The notes under the pieces: generated by a model
Database searches by the model: none
What the model saw: only the letters and a program-made list of their open reading frames with translations
Told to the model about the DNA's origin: nothing
Position numbers and translations under genes: made by a program
NCBI RefSeq assembly: GCF_000016745.1
Contig: NC_009483.1
Span: 5,100,001 to 5,132,000, forward strand
DNA: 32,000 bases
From: Geotalea uraniireducens Rf4
Lineage (GTDB): Bacteria; Desulfobacterota; Desulfuromonadia; Geobacterales; Geobacteraceae
Direction: 5' to 3'
In this document: positions 8,690 to 17,867 of the stretch, one piece after another
Position numbering within the stretch: the first letter of the stretch is position 1
How the letters are laid out: every line of letters begins with the position of its first letter

Positions 8690-11146
8690 ATGGAAATTTA
8701 CAAGGGGCGATCAAACCCCGATCGCAGAATTAAAAATAATACCGGCAATAAGCTAGGCAGGACCCTGCTTGTTGCGGGAGGAGTGACCGGAGTCCTCGCC
8801 CTCCTCGCCTTCATCGGCTATTTTTTCTATCTTCTCGGCACCCTGCCGAAGGTGGACCGGCTGGCCGATTACAGGCCGCCGATCGTTTCCCAGGTTTTCG
8901 GCGAAGACGGTAACCTGGTCGGCGAGTTTTATCTGGAGCGCCGCACCGTCGTCCCGGTGGACAAAGTGCCGAAGAAGCTGATCGAGGCCTTCGTTGCTGC
9001 CGAGGACTCGAACTTCTACCAGCACAAGGGGATCGACTATCTGGGAATCATCAGGGCCGCGTTTAAAAACCTCATCTCCATGCGCAAGAAGGAAGGGGCC
9101 TCCACCATCACCCAGCAGGTGGCAAAATCCATGCTCCTTACCCCGGAAAAGAAATTTTCCCGCAAACTGAAGGAAGCCATTCTCGCCAAACGGATGGAGG
9201 AACGGCTGTCGAAGGATGAAATCCTCTACATCTACCTCAACCAGATCTATCTAGGCGCCGGGTCTTACGGCGTCCAGCTCGCTGCCGAGACCTATTTCGC
9301 CAAGAATGTGGAAAGCCTGAATCTTGCGGAAATGGCCATGCTTGCCGGGCTTCCCAAGGCGCCGAACACCTATTCGCCGATCAAGCACCTGGAAAAGGCC
9401 AAAGAACGGCAGAGTTACGTGTTGGAGAGGATGGTCAAGGAAGGGTATATCACCCAGGCCGAGGCGGACCACGCCAAAAACACGCCGATCGTCGTCCGTT
9501 CCCTGAAAAAGGTCAACAGCGAACAGTCTGCCTATTTCCTCGAACAGGTACGCATCCAGCTGGAGGAAAAATACGGAGAGGACCGCCTCTACAAGGAAGG
9601 GCTGAGGATCTACACCACCATGAACGCCGAGATGCAGAAGGCTGCCTATGAAGGGGTTGTCAACGGCCTCAAGGCCTTGGACAAGCGGCAGGGGTTCCGT
9701 GGCCCCGTCAAGTATCTGGCAGAGAGCGAGGTGGGTGAATTCTGCAAACATGTTGAGGACAGCATCGATTCGGCGGCCCTGAAGCAGGGCGCAACGTTCC
9801 AGGGGGTGGTGACGGCGGTAAATTCTGCCAAAGGTGACGTGACGGTTAGAGTCGGCGACAGAACCGGGATTCTAAACCGGAAAAACATGGCCTGGGCGGG
9901 AAAAGTAACCCTGCTGGACACATACGGAAAACCAGAGGGAGCCAAAGGTAAGGCCCTGCCGTTGGGAAGCGTGATCGAGGTTTCGGTGGTCACTCCTGAC
10001 GTGAACAAGTCCGGCGCGCTCTTTGCCCTTGACCAGGAACCGGAAGCCCAGGCGGCCCTGTTTGCCATGGACCCTAAAACCGGCGGAGTACGCGCAATGG
10101 TAGGTGGTTACGATTTCAAGAAAAGCCAGTTCAACCGTGCCATGCAGGCCAAGCGTAACCCCGGTTCAGCGTTCAAACCGATTATTTATGCGGCGGCCGT
10201 AGACAAAGGGATGACACCGGCTACCATAATCGACGATGCGCCGGTGGAGTACGACAGCGGAAGGGAAAAGTCCTGGAAGCCGAAAAACTACGACAACATC
10301 TACCGCGGCGCAGTTACCATGCGCGAAGCCCTGACCAACTCCATAAACGTGGTCAGCATCAAGATCCTTGAAAGCACCGGAGTGAACACCGCCATTGAAT
10401 ATGCCAAGAAACTTGGGATAACCTCTCCCCTTGCCAACAACCTGACCCTGGCCCTCGGCTCCTCCAGCCTCACCCCCATGGAACTGACCAGCGCCTATGC
10501 GGTATTTGCCTCCGGCGGCTACAAGGTCACGCCTTATTTCATAACCAAGGTGGTCGACAGTAAAGGAAAGGTTCTGGAAGAGATCGCTCCCCCCGCGCTG
10601 CCGGTCTTCTCTGCGGCGACCTCGGCGGTGACATTGTCCATGGACGAAGAAAGGAATGCTCCGGCTGCCGGCACCACTCTGACGGCTGTACCGGCCATCT
10701 CGCCCGAGACCTCCTATATCATGACCAACCTGATGGAAAGCGTCGTATCGAGCGGTACCGGGCAGCGGGCCAGGGCTTTGGGCCGTCCCGTGGCAGGAAA
10801 AACCGGCACTACCAACGATATGAAGGACGCCTGGTTTATCGGCTACGTGCCGCAACTGGTTGCGGGCGTATGGGTCGGTTATGACCAGGAACGCTCGCTT
10901 GGAGCCGGCGGTTCGGGCGGGCAAGCCGCAGCCCCGATCTGGACCGAATTCATGCAGCGCTCCCTGGGGGGCATGCCGGTTCAGAATTTCCCCGTGCCGG
11001 CCAACGTGACCTTTGCCCTTATTAATCCGCGAACCGGCCGCTTGGCAAAGGAGGGGAGCGAAGGAAGCGTGACCGAATGTTTCATAACCGGTACTGAACC
11101 GACGACCTATGACGGAGATGCCGTCAAAACCGGCAGCGACGAGTAA
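8690..11146 (+). CDS. mrcA: Class A penicillin-binding protein 1A (bifunctional glycosyltransferase/transpeptidase)
   Basis: An N-terminal TM anchor is followed by GT51 motifs (AAEDSNFYQHKGID, GASTITQQVAK). Transpeptidase motifs are SAFKP (SxxK), SIN (SxN) and KTGTT. RBS GGAGA lies 9 nt upstream. Confidence 0.92.
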   Translation: MEIYKGRSNPDRRIKNNTGNKLGRTLLVAGGVTGVLALLAFIGYFFYLLGTLPKVDRLADYRPPIVSQVFGEDGNLVGEFYLERRTVVPVDKVPKKLIEAFVAAEDSNFYQHKGIDYLGIIRAAFKNLISMRKKEGASTITQQVAKSMLLTPEKKFSRKLKEAILAKRMEERLSKDEILYIYLNQIYLGAGSYGVQLAAETYFAKNVESLNLAEMAMLAGLPKAPNTYSPIKHLEKAKERQSYVLERMVKEGYITQAEADHAKNTPIVVRSLKKVNSEQSAYFLEQVRIQLEEKYGEDRLYKEGLRIYTTMNAEMQKAAYEGVVNGLKALDKRQGFRGPVKYLAESEVGEFCKHVEDSIDSAALKQGATFQGVVTAVNSAKGDVTVRVGDRTGILNRKNMAWAGKVTLLDTYGKPEGAKGKALPLGSVIEVSVVTPDVNKSGALFALDQEPEAQAALFAMDPKTGGVRAMVGGYDFKKSQFNRAMQAKRNPGSAFKPIIYAAAVDKGMTPATIIDDAPVEYDSGREKSWKPKNYDNIYRGAVTMREALTNSINVVSIKILESTGVNTAIEYAKKLGITSPLANNLTLALGSSSLTPMELTSAYAVFASGGYKVTPYFITKVVDSKGKVLEEIAPPALPVFSAATSAVTLSMDEERNAPAAGTTLTAVPAISPETSYIMTNLMESVVSSGTGQRARALGRPVAGKTGTTNDMKDAWFIGYVPQLVAGVWVGYDQERSLGAGGSGGQAAAPIWTEFMQRSLGGMPVQNFPVPANVTFALINPRTGRLAKEGSEGSVTECFITGTEPTTYDGDAVKTGSDE

Positions 11147-11324
11147 TATTAGCCCCGCTTAACCGCGCAACATATTGATATTTCTAGATTTTTGCGAAGC
11201 CCCATAAACCGTGCGTCCGCAAAAAGCGGTAGGTGTAATCCTTTGCTGGACCTTGTAATAGGGAGACCAATCGGGCTAAATCTGCTCCCAGCTGTAAAAA
11301 AAAAGTTTTTTTTCAAATAAACCC

Positions 11325-11352
11325 TTGCAAACTGCAAATTTATGACTATAGT
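11325..11352 (+). promoter_or_regulatory. Sigma70-type promoter of the HU gene, with an upstream A/T tract (UP-element-like)
   Basis: TTGCAA (11325-11330), 16 nt, TATAGT (11347-11352). Directly upstream is gtAAAAAAAAAGTTTTTTTTcaaataa (about 11295-11320). Confidence 0.6.
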
Positions 11353-11385
11353 ATTTGCAATTATCACTCTAAAGGAGGGTTTATC

Positions 11386-11670
11386 ATGACTAAAGCAGAA
11401 CTCGTAGAAGCAGTTGCAAAATCCGCCAGTCTGACCAAAGGCGCAGCGGAAAAAGCTGTAGGCGCTTTCATTTCGACTGTGAGCGGCGCACTGAAAAAAG
11501 GCGACAGGGTTACCTTGGTCGGCTTCGGCAGCTTTGAAGTTGCCAGCAGAAAAGCCCGTACCGGCAGAAATCCCCAGACCGGAAAAGAAATCAAAATAGC
11601 TGCTGCCAAGGTTCCCAAGTTCCGTCCTGGCAAAGCTCTTAAGGATGCCGTAGCCTCCAAGAAGAAGTAA
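11386..11670 (+). CDS. hup: Nucleoid protein HU (DNA-binding protein HU-beta type), 94 aa
   Basis: [11 protein letters not shown]...[49 protein letters not shown] is the canonical HU/IHF fold signature. RBS AAGGAGGG is present. Confidence 0.95.
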   Translation: MTKAELVEAVAKSASLTKGAAEKAVGAFISTVSGALKKGDRVTLVGFGSFEVASRKARTGRNPQTGKEIKIAAAKVPKFRPGKALKDAVASKKK

Positions 11671-11745
11671 TCCCGGATTGTGATAGATTCACCTTTCCTA
11701 TAATGCTTGTCTGGTGTTTGTACTTTTTCAGCTAAACCACACAAG

Positions 11746-11772
11746 AACCCCGCCCCTGCGGGGTTTTTTTAT
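11746..11772 (+). terminator. Rho-independent terminator after HU
   Basis: CCCCGC (11748-11753), cccct loop, GCGGGG (11759-11764), followed by a T7 run. Confidence 0.8.
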
Positions 11773-11849
11773 TTCTGCACCACTACCCGCCCCCTCCGGT
11801 TGACGGCGTCTGCGACTGGAGACATAGGAGAATTAAAGCTCCAGAGATG

Positions 11850-11877
11850 TTGTTTTAGCAACGCTTTGTGTTATTAT
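11850..11877 (+). promoter_or_regulatory. Candidate sigma70 promoter for the cytochrome-pyk operon
   Basis: TTGTTT (11850-11855), 16 nt, TATTAT (11872-11877). It is bracketed by an 8-bp inverted repeat, GGAGACAT (11818-11825) and ATGTCTCC (11875-11882). Confidence 0.3.
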
Positions 11878-11935
11878 GTCTCCATTGATGAATAGCAGTT
11901 TTTCTATCTCCACCGCCACATCAAGGAGTTCCTTC

Positions 11936-12271
11936 ATGTCGAAATCCCTCGTTATCGTGATTATCTCCTCTCTCTTCTTAAATTACGGCTGCACCATGTT
12001 TAGCGCGTGGAAAACCATTCCGCCACCGGGAGGATGTGACCAGTGCCATACCGTTTCCATCAGCAACAACTGGCAGGTGGCCTACAAGGCTCCGGTTCTC
12101 AGCGATGAACGTAATCGCGAATACTTTCAGACCGAGGGGTATACCATGCCGAAAACCTCCAAACCATCATCTGTGCTTGATTTGCGCAAGGTGGAAGAGC
12201 TCAGGTGCTTTGAGTGCCACAAATCACCCAACATGGCCCACAAAGAGAGAATGGGACGTTTCCACCATTAA
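11936..12271 (+). CDS. Small dihaem c-type cytochrome lipoprotein (111 aa)
   Basis: From ATG 11936 (RBS AAGGAG 7 nt upstream) the lipoprotein signal with lipobox is MSKSLVIVIISSLFLNYGC. Two CXXCH motifs are present (CDQCH, CFECH). The track ORF starts upstream at 11876, before the signal peptide. Confidence 0.75.
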   Translation: MSKSLVIVIISSLFLNYGCTMFSAWKTIPPPGGCDQCHTVSISNNWQVAYKAPVLSDERNREYFQTEGYTMPKTSKPSSVLDLRKVEELRCFECHKSPNMAHKERMGRFHH

Positions 12272-12274
12272 TTT

Positions 12275-13717
12275 ATGAATAGACCATTGCGCAAAACAAA
12301 GATTATCGCCACTCTCGGGCCGGCCAGCGGATCGCCGGAAATGGTCGGGCGACTCATGGATAGCGGGGTGGACGTTTTTCGCCTCAATTTTTCCCACGGC
12401 TCCCACGAAGAAAAAACCCGCCTTATCGAAACGATCCGCGCCCTGTCTGAACAGAAGGAAAAGACCATCGGCATTCTCGCAGATCTGCAAGGGCCGAAAA
12501 TCAGGACCGGTCGGATGACGGAGGGAGCGATCCCGCTCGTTAGGGGTGAACTGCTCGACATAACCACTGACGACATTCTCGGCCGCCCCGGCCTGATATC
12601 CACCATCTACCAGGCATTGCCCAAGGACGTGAAACAGGGATCGAGGATTCTGCTCGATGACGGCATGATCGAGTTGAAGGTCCTTTCAGTCTCCGGCAAC
12701 ACGGTTCACTGCACGGTTGTCGAAGGTGGCGTGCTGAAGGATCTTAAAGGGATGAATCTTCCCGGTGTCGACGTTTCCGCCCCTTCCCTGTCGGAAAAGG
12801 ATAAGGCAGACCTGGATTTTTGCCTCGGGATGGGGGTGGATTATATCGCCCTTTCCTTTGTGCGCAGAGCTTCTGACGTGGAAAGCCTTAAGGAGATCAT
12901 CTACAAGCGGGGGGAGAACATCCCGGTAATTGCCAAGATTGAAAAGCCTGAAGCGCTGCGCAATTTTAAAAGTATTCTTGCAGCCGCCGATGCTGTAATG
13001 GTGGCAAGAGGGGATCTGGGAGTCGAATTGAGCGCCGAGCGGGTTCCACTTGTGCAGAAAAAAATCATCCGGGCATGCAATGAAGCCGGCAAACCGGTCA
13101 TCACCGCCACGCAGATGCTGGAATCGATGATTCTCCACGCCAGGCCGACCAGGGCGGAAACTTCCGACGTTGCCAACGCCATTCTCGATGGTACGGACGC
13201 CGTCATGCTTTCCGGAGAAACCGCTTCCGGCGGTTATCCGGTTGAAGCGGTGCGGACCATGGCCAAGATTGCGTTGGACATTGAGCGTTCGGAACTATGG
13301 CGACTACCGCCGATCAGATCACTGCACAGCAACAATATCCCCGAGGCTGTGGCGGAAGCCGCATGTCACGCGGCGTCCACCCTCAAGGCAAAAGCCCTGG
13401 TGGTATTCACCCAATCGGGCGGCACGGCTGCCCTGATCTCCAAGTTCCGGCCACAACTACCCATCATCGCTTTTACTCCATTTCCAGACATTCAGCGCCG
13501 TCTTTCTCTCTTTTGGGGGGTAAACAGCTGTCCGATCGGCTCCATGGGGGGAACGAACCAGCAGATCAAAGTTGGAGAAATGGCGCTCCTTGCCGCCGGC
13601 TTCAAAAAAGGGGATGTGATCGTCATCACCATGGGGGTGCCGATCGAAGCCAAGGGATCTACCAACCTGATGAAGATCCATATACTGGGAACGGAAGGAT
13701 TTTATCCGCTTTTCTGA
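12275..13717 (+). CDS. pyk: Pyruvate kinase
   Basis: MNRPLRKTKIIATLGPASGSPEMV...FRLNFSHGSHEE...MVARGDLGVE...MLSGETASG. Full length is 480 aa. It starts 3 nt after the cytochrome stop. Confidence 0.95.
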   Translation: MNRPLRKTKIIATLGPASGSPEMVGRLMDSGVDVFRLNFSHGSHEEKTRLIETIRALSEQKEKTIGILADLQGPKIRTGRMTEGAIPLVRGELLDITTDDILGRPGLISTIYQALPKDVKQGSRILLDDGMIELKVLSVSGNTVHCTVVEGGVLKDLKGMNLPGVDVSAPSLSEKDKADLDFCLGMGVDYIALSFVRRASDVESLKEIIYKRGENIPVIAKIEKPEALRNFKSILAAADAVMVARGDLGVELSAERVPLVQKKIIRACNEAGKPVITATQMLESMILHARPTRAETSDVANAILDGTDAVMLSGETASGGYPVEAVRTMAKIALDIERSELWRLPPIRSLHSNNIPEAVAEAACHAASTLKAKALVVFTQSGGTAALISKFRPQLPIIAFTPFPDIQRRLSLFWGVNSCPIGSMGGTNQQIKVGEMALLAAGFKKGDVIVITMGVPIEAKGSTNLMKIHILGTEGFYPLF

Positions 13718-13728
13718 AAGGAGGCGCC

Positions 13729-14853
13729 ATGAGAAAGCTGTTTGATGAGACAAAAATCAATCATCTGCTGCTGCCGAACCGCTTGGTACGCTCCGCCACC
13801 TGGGAAGGGATGTGCGAAGCAGATGGTCGCCCGACCAAAAAACTGGCCGCCTGTTACGCCAACCTGGCCAGAGGCGGAGTCGGCCTGATCATCACCGGCT
13901 ACGCCTTCATCCGTCCCGACGGAAGACAGCTTCCCGGCCAGATGGGTATCCATACCGACAGCTTTGCTGCAGAGATGCGTGCACTAACCGAAACGGTCCA
14001 CCGGGAAGGGGGAAAGGTCTGCCTCCAGCTCGTACACGTGGGAGGCCAGACCAGCTCCAAGACCATCGGCCGCCAACCGGTAGCCCCCTCCGCAATCAAG
14101 GTCGAACAGTTTCCCGAAGAAGCGGCGGAACTGTCGGTTAAAGAGATAGGGGAGATTGCGGCCCAGTTCGGCGAGGGGGCACGCAGAGCCAAGGAGTACG
14201 GCTTCAACGCCGTCCAGCTCCATGCATCCCATGGTTACCTCATCAACCAGTTTCTCTCACCGCTGACCAACCGGAGGAGTGACGCATACGGCGGGAGCAT
14301 CGAAAACCGTTGCCGCTTCCTCCTCGAAGCCTACTGGCGCGTGCGGAAAGCCGTGGGTAGCGAATTCCCCGTGCTCGTGAAACTGAACGGCGACGACAAC
14401 CTGGCCGGCGGACTGAGTCTGGATGACGCGATAACGGCCGCCCGTGCCCTAGACGAGGAGGGAATCGATGCAATCGAGGTGAGCGGCGGCACCCCTGCCT
14501 CCGGCGACCGGACACCCGTTCGGCAGGGGATCGACAGCCGTGAGCAGGAAGCGTATAACCTCCCCCTTGCCTATCGGATCAAGCAGGCGGTATCCTGTCC
14601 GGTTATGGTGGTCGGCGGACTTCGCTCGTTTGAAATTGTCGAGGGCATCATTCGCCGGGAAGAGGCGGATTATGTGGCCATGGCACGGCCATTCATCCGT
14701 GAGCCCGCGCTGGCAAAGCGATGGGCAGGCGGAGACGAGTCCCATGCCCGTTGCATCTCCTGCAACGGTTGCTTTAAACCGGGGCTTAAGAGTGGTGGAA
14801 TTTACTGCGTGGTGGACAGGATCGAGCAGGAAAGCAAAAGAGTCTCGCTGTAA
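13729..14853 (+). CDS. Old-yellow-enzyme family NADH:flavin oxidoreductase (374 aa) with a C-terminal Cys cluster
   Basis: ATG 13729 is preceded by AAAGGAGG. Family motifs: LLPNRLVRSATWEGM, QLHASHGYLINQFLSPLTNRRSDAYGGS, ARPFIREP. The protein ends with CISCNGC-x11-C. The track ORF 13297.. is an upstream extension that overlaps pyk in another frame. Confidence 0.88.
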   Translation: MRKLFDETKINHLLLPNRLVRSATWEGMCEADGRPTKKLAACYANLARGGVGLIITGYAFIRPDGRQLPGQMGIHTDSFAAEMRALTETVHREGGKVCLQLVHVGGQTSSKTIGRQPVAPSAIKVEQFPEEAAELSVKEIGEIAAQFGEGARRAKEYGFNAVQLHASHGYLINQFLSPLTNRRSDAYGGSIENRCRFLLEAYWRVRKAVGSEFPVLVKLNGDDNLAGGLSLDDAITAARALDEEGIDAIEVSGGTPASGDRTPVRQGIDSREQEAYNLPLAYRIKQAVSCPVMVVGGLRSFEIVEGIIRREEADYVAMARPFIREPALAKRWAGGDESHARCISCNGCFKPGLKSGGIYCVVDRIEQESKRVSL

Positions 14854-14908
14854 GGGGCCATGCCGTCTTATTAATGTAATGTGATCAGCCTATGTGAGGG
14901 TTGCTGCA

Positions 14909-15814
14909 ATGTCGAATATCATCCTGCTGGCAGTCTGCTTTGGCGCAGGGATCTTTCTCCAAAGGACCGGTCGCTTTCCGGTCGCCACCCCGGCGGCACT
15001 GAACGGCTTCATCATCCACATATCACTGCCGGCTCTGACGCTTCTCCACATTCACCGACTTCACTTGGACAGCACGATCATCTTTACCGCCGCCATGGCC
15101 TGGTGCCTGTTCGGCGCCGGATTCCTGTTGTTTCGTGTTGTCGGGAGGCTGGCAGGCCTGACATCCGGCACCACTGGCGCTCTCATGCTCGTCGGCGGGC
15201 TGGGTAATACCTCCTTCGTCGGGCTGCCGATGATCGAAGCCTACTACGGCAAGGAATTTCTCGGCGTGGGAATCATCGCCGACCAGCTCGGATCCTTCCT
15301 CGTTCTATCCACCCTCGGAATAGCCATTGCGACGATTTACTCTTCCGGCGACGTGTCGCCACGCCAGATGGTGCGGAAGGTCCTCCTTTTCCCGCCATTC
15401 CAGGCCCTGGTGATCGCCTTTCTTCTCATCCCGGTCCCCTTCCCGGACTGGCTGGCCATAATCCTGCAAAAACTCGGCGACACCCTGACCCCGCTGGCAC
15501 TGGCCTCGGTCGGCTTCCAGCTCCGACTGGGCCACATCCGGGGCGAGTTGAAGCCGCTTGGCCTCGGGCTCCTTTATAAGCTGGTTATCGGCCCGGCCCT
15601 CCTCACCCTCCTCTTTGCCGGCATCATGGGGGGAAGCGGCAAAGTCATGCAGGTTACCCTTTTCGAAGCGGCCATGGCACCCATGATCACCGCCGGTATC
15701 ATCGCGGTCGACCACGATCTCAATCCGCCGCTGGTAACCCTCATGATCGGCATCGGCATCCCTCTTTCGTTTCTTACCCTGCCGGCATGGTGGTGGCTTT
15801 TACAAGGGGTGTAA
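14909..15814 (+). CDS. AEC (auxin efflux carrier) family transporter
   Basis: MSNIILLAVCFGAGIFLQ... is a polytopic membrane protein with about 10 helices. It has the family motif GNTSFVGLPM. RBS GAGGG lies 8 nt upstream of ATG 14909. Confidence 0.8.
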   Translation: MSNIILLAVCFGAGIFLQRTGRFPVATPAALNGFIIHISLPALTLLHIHRLHLDSTIIFTAAMAWCLFGAGFLLFRVVGRLAGLTSGTTGALMLVGGLGNTSFVGLPMIEAYYGKEFLGVGIIADQLGSFLVLSTLGIAIATIYSSGDVSPRQMVRKVLLFPPFQALVIAFLLIPVPFPDWLAIILQKLGDTLTPLALASVGFQLRLGHIRGELKPLGLGLLYKLVIGPALLTLLFAGIMGGSGKVMQVTLFEAAMAPMITAGIIAVDHDLNPPLVTLMIGIGIPLSFLTLPAWWWLLQGV

Positions 15815-15847
15815 AAAAAAAGCCCTCGTCATTGAAGGGCTTTTTTC
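15812..15847. terminator. Bidirectional intrinsic terminator between the AEC transporter (+) and prfC (-)
   Basis: A-run (15813-15820), AGCCCT (15821-15826), cgtcattga loop, AGGGCT (15836-15841), then a T-run to 15846. Confidence 0.8.
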
Positions 15848-15850
15848 GTA

Positions 15851-17434
15851 TCAGCTATGTTCCCTGGTGGCGTGGAACTGTATTTCCCGCCAGTTTTCCA
15901 TGGTGTTGTCAAGCCGCCACTGGCTCGCAGCAAGGTAAGCAAGATTTCCCTCGCCGTCCCGATAGAGGTGCATCGCTTCCTTCTTCTCAAACTCTTCCAG
16001 TTTTTTCTTCTCACCGGTTACCCAGCGGGCGGTAACGTAGGAAACCGGCTCATAGGCTGCCTTGACCTTGTACTCATGCTCCAGCCGGTGCATGACCACG
16101 TCGAATTGGAGAAGACCGACGGCGCCGACGATCCAGTCGCTCCCCATCAGGGGGCGGAAGACCTGGGTCGTCCCCTCTTCGGCAAGCTGGACGAGCCCTT
16201 TCTCCAGGGCTTTGGATTTCATCGGATCAAGAAGGCGCACCTTGCGGAAATGCTCCGGCGCAAAGTTGGGGATACCGGTATATTTGAGCTCTTCCCCCTG
16301 GGTAAAGGTGTCGCCGATCTTGATGGTGCCGTGGTTATGGATGCCGATGATGTCGCCGGGGTAGGCCTCGTCCACGTTGGTGCGATCCTGTGCCATGAAG
16401 ATGGTGGCGTTGGCGATCTGCACCTCGCGGCCGAGACGGATGTGCCGCACCTTCATGCCGCGGATAAACTTCCCTGAACAGATGCGGAAGAAGGCGATGC
16501 GGTCCCGGTGAGCCGGGTCCATGTTGGCCTGAATTTTAAAGGTGAAGCCGGTGAACGGCTCCTCGTAAGGGGAAACGGCACGGCTCTCGGTCTCTCGCGG
16601 CAAAGGCGCCGGGGCATGTTCAACGAAGGTGTCAAGGAGCTGCTGGATGCCGAAGGTGTTGATGGCACTGCCGAAAAAGACCGGCGTCTGCAGACCGGCG
16701 AGATATGCCTCCTGCTCAAAGGGGTGTGCTGCACCTTCAAGGAGTTCCACGTCATTTCGGAGTTCCTCGACCTGGGAACCCAGCAACTCGTCGAGGAGTG
16801 GGTCCTCCAGCCCCTTGACGGTTATGGTCTGACCGGTACCCTTATCGGCCTCCGGATCGAAGAAGGTCAGCTCTTTGCTGTAAAGGTGATAGGTGCCGCG
16901 GAACCGTTTGCCCATCCCGACCGGCCAGGTCATGGGAGCGCACTGGATATTCAGGGTGCTCTCGATGTCGTCGAGGAGGTCAAGGGGCTCGCGCCCTTCA
17001 CGGTCCAGTTTGTTGATAAAAGTCATGATCGGGGTATGGCGCAGGCGACAGACTTCGAGAAGCTTCTTGGTCTGGCTCTCCACCCCTTTGACCGAATCGA
17101 TCACCATGAGGACCGAGTCGACGGCGGTGAGGGTACGGTAGGTATCCTCGGAAAAATCGTTGTGGCCCGGCGTGTCGAGGAGGTTGATCTCGAAATCCCT
17201 GTAGGTGAACTTCATAACCGAGGAGGTAACGGAGATGCCGCGCTGCTTTTCCATCTCCATCCAGTCGGAGGTGGCATGGCGGGCAGCCTTGCGGGCCCGG
17301 ACCTCACCGGCCTGCTGGATGGCGCCGCCAAAGAGGAGAAGCTTTTCCGTAATGGTTGTCTTCCCTGCATCAGGGTGACTGATGATGGCGAAAGTACGCC
17401 TGCGGCTTATTTCTTTCTCATTATGCTTTTTCAT
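15851..17434 (-). CDS. prfC: Peptide chain release factor 3 (GTPase)
   Basis: [38 protein letters not shown] and NKLDR GTPase motifs. 527 aa. RBS GAGGAG is present. Confidence 0.95.
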
Positions 17435-17517
17435 GGGAACTACTCCTCGATTCTCATCCGCCGAAACAAAAAGCCGGCAAGTGATTAACGGATAACTATG
17501 CTTTTGCCAATGGCCGG

Positions 17518-17691
17518 GTCTAGGAGTCTGTCGGACTTAGGGAATCGTAGCGAGAGAATGGCAATCGAGGACAGATTTTCGGAAATTTGAGAGCGAATAG
17601 TGGACCTATTTGTCGAAAATTTCCGGAAATATGGACCGATTTTCCGTTCTCGCAGTAGATTCATTCCTAAGTCCGATAGGCTCCTATAGAC
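17518..17691. repeat. ~174-bp imperfect palindrome (long hairpin; MITE-like or structured element) in the prfC/tatD intergenic region
   Basis: The left arm GTCTAGGAGTCTGTCGGACTTAGGGAATCG...GATTTTCGGAAATTT aligns with the reverse complement of the right arm AAATTTCCGGAAAT...GATTCATTCCTAAGTCCGATAGGCTCCTATAGAC. The centre holds AATAG-tggacc-CTATT. No ORF is inside. Confidence 0.65.
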
Positions 17692-17696
17692 ACAAG

Positions 17697-17723
17697 AAAG
17701 GCGAAGAGGTTATCTTCGCCTTT
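17697..17723. other. 11-bp-stem hairpin adjacent to the palindrome
   Basis: AAAGGCGAAGA (17697-17707), ggtta loop, TCTTCGCCTTT (17713-17723). On the minus strand it is followed by TTTCTTGTG, which is terminator-like, but no minus-strand gene ends here. Confidence 0.4.
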
Positions 17724-17867
17724 CGAAGTACCGTTAAATAATGCCATGTTGACAGCAAAAGGGCAATAAAAAACTACCCTTTTTCACCAGCAGAAAGCTC
17801 TTCCTTTTATTGCCGCCAAAATGGTAAATTTACATCATGAGTAAAGCAATCGGAACATTGAGATACC

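Noticed and set aside
11149-11744. Minus-strand ORFs 11149-11367 and 11364-11744.
   Set aside because: They overlap the HU promoter and the HU coding sequence in antisense. HU on the + strand is unambiguous, with a promoter, RBS and terminator.
13297-13728. Upstream extension of the OYE ORF (track ORF 13297-14853) overlapping pyk.
   Set aside because: The extension overlaps the 3' third of pyruvate kinase in another frame and translates to low-complexity sequence. A strong AAAGGAGG RBS precedes the internal ATG at 13729, where OYE homology begins.
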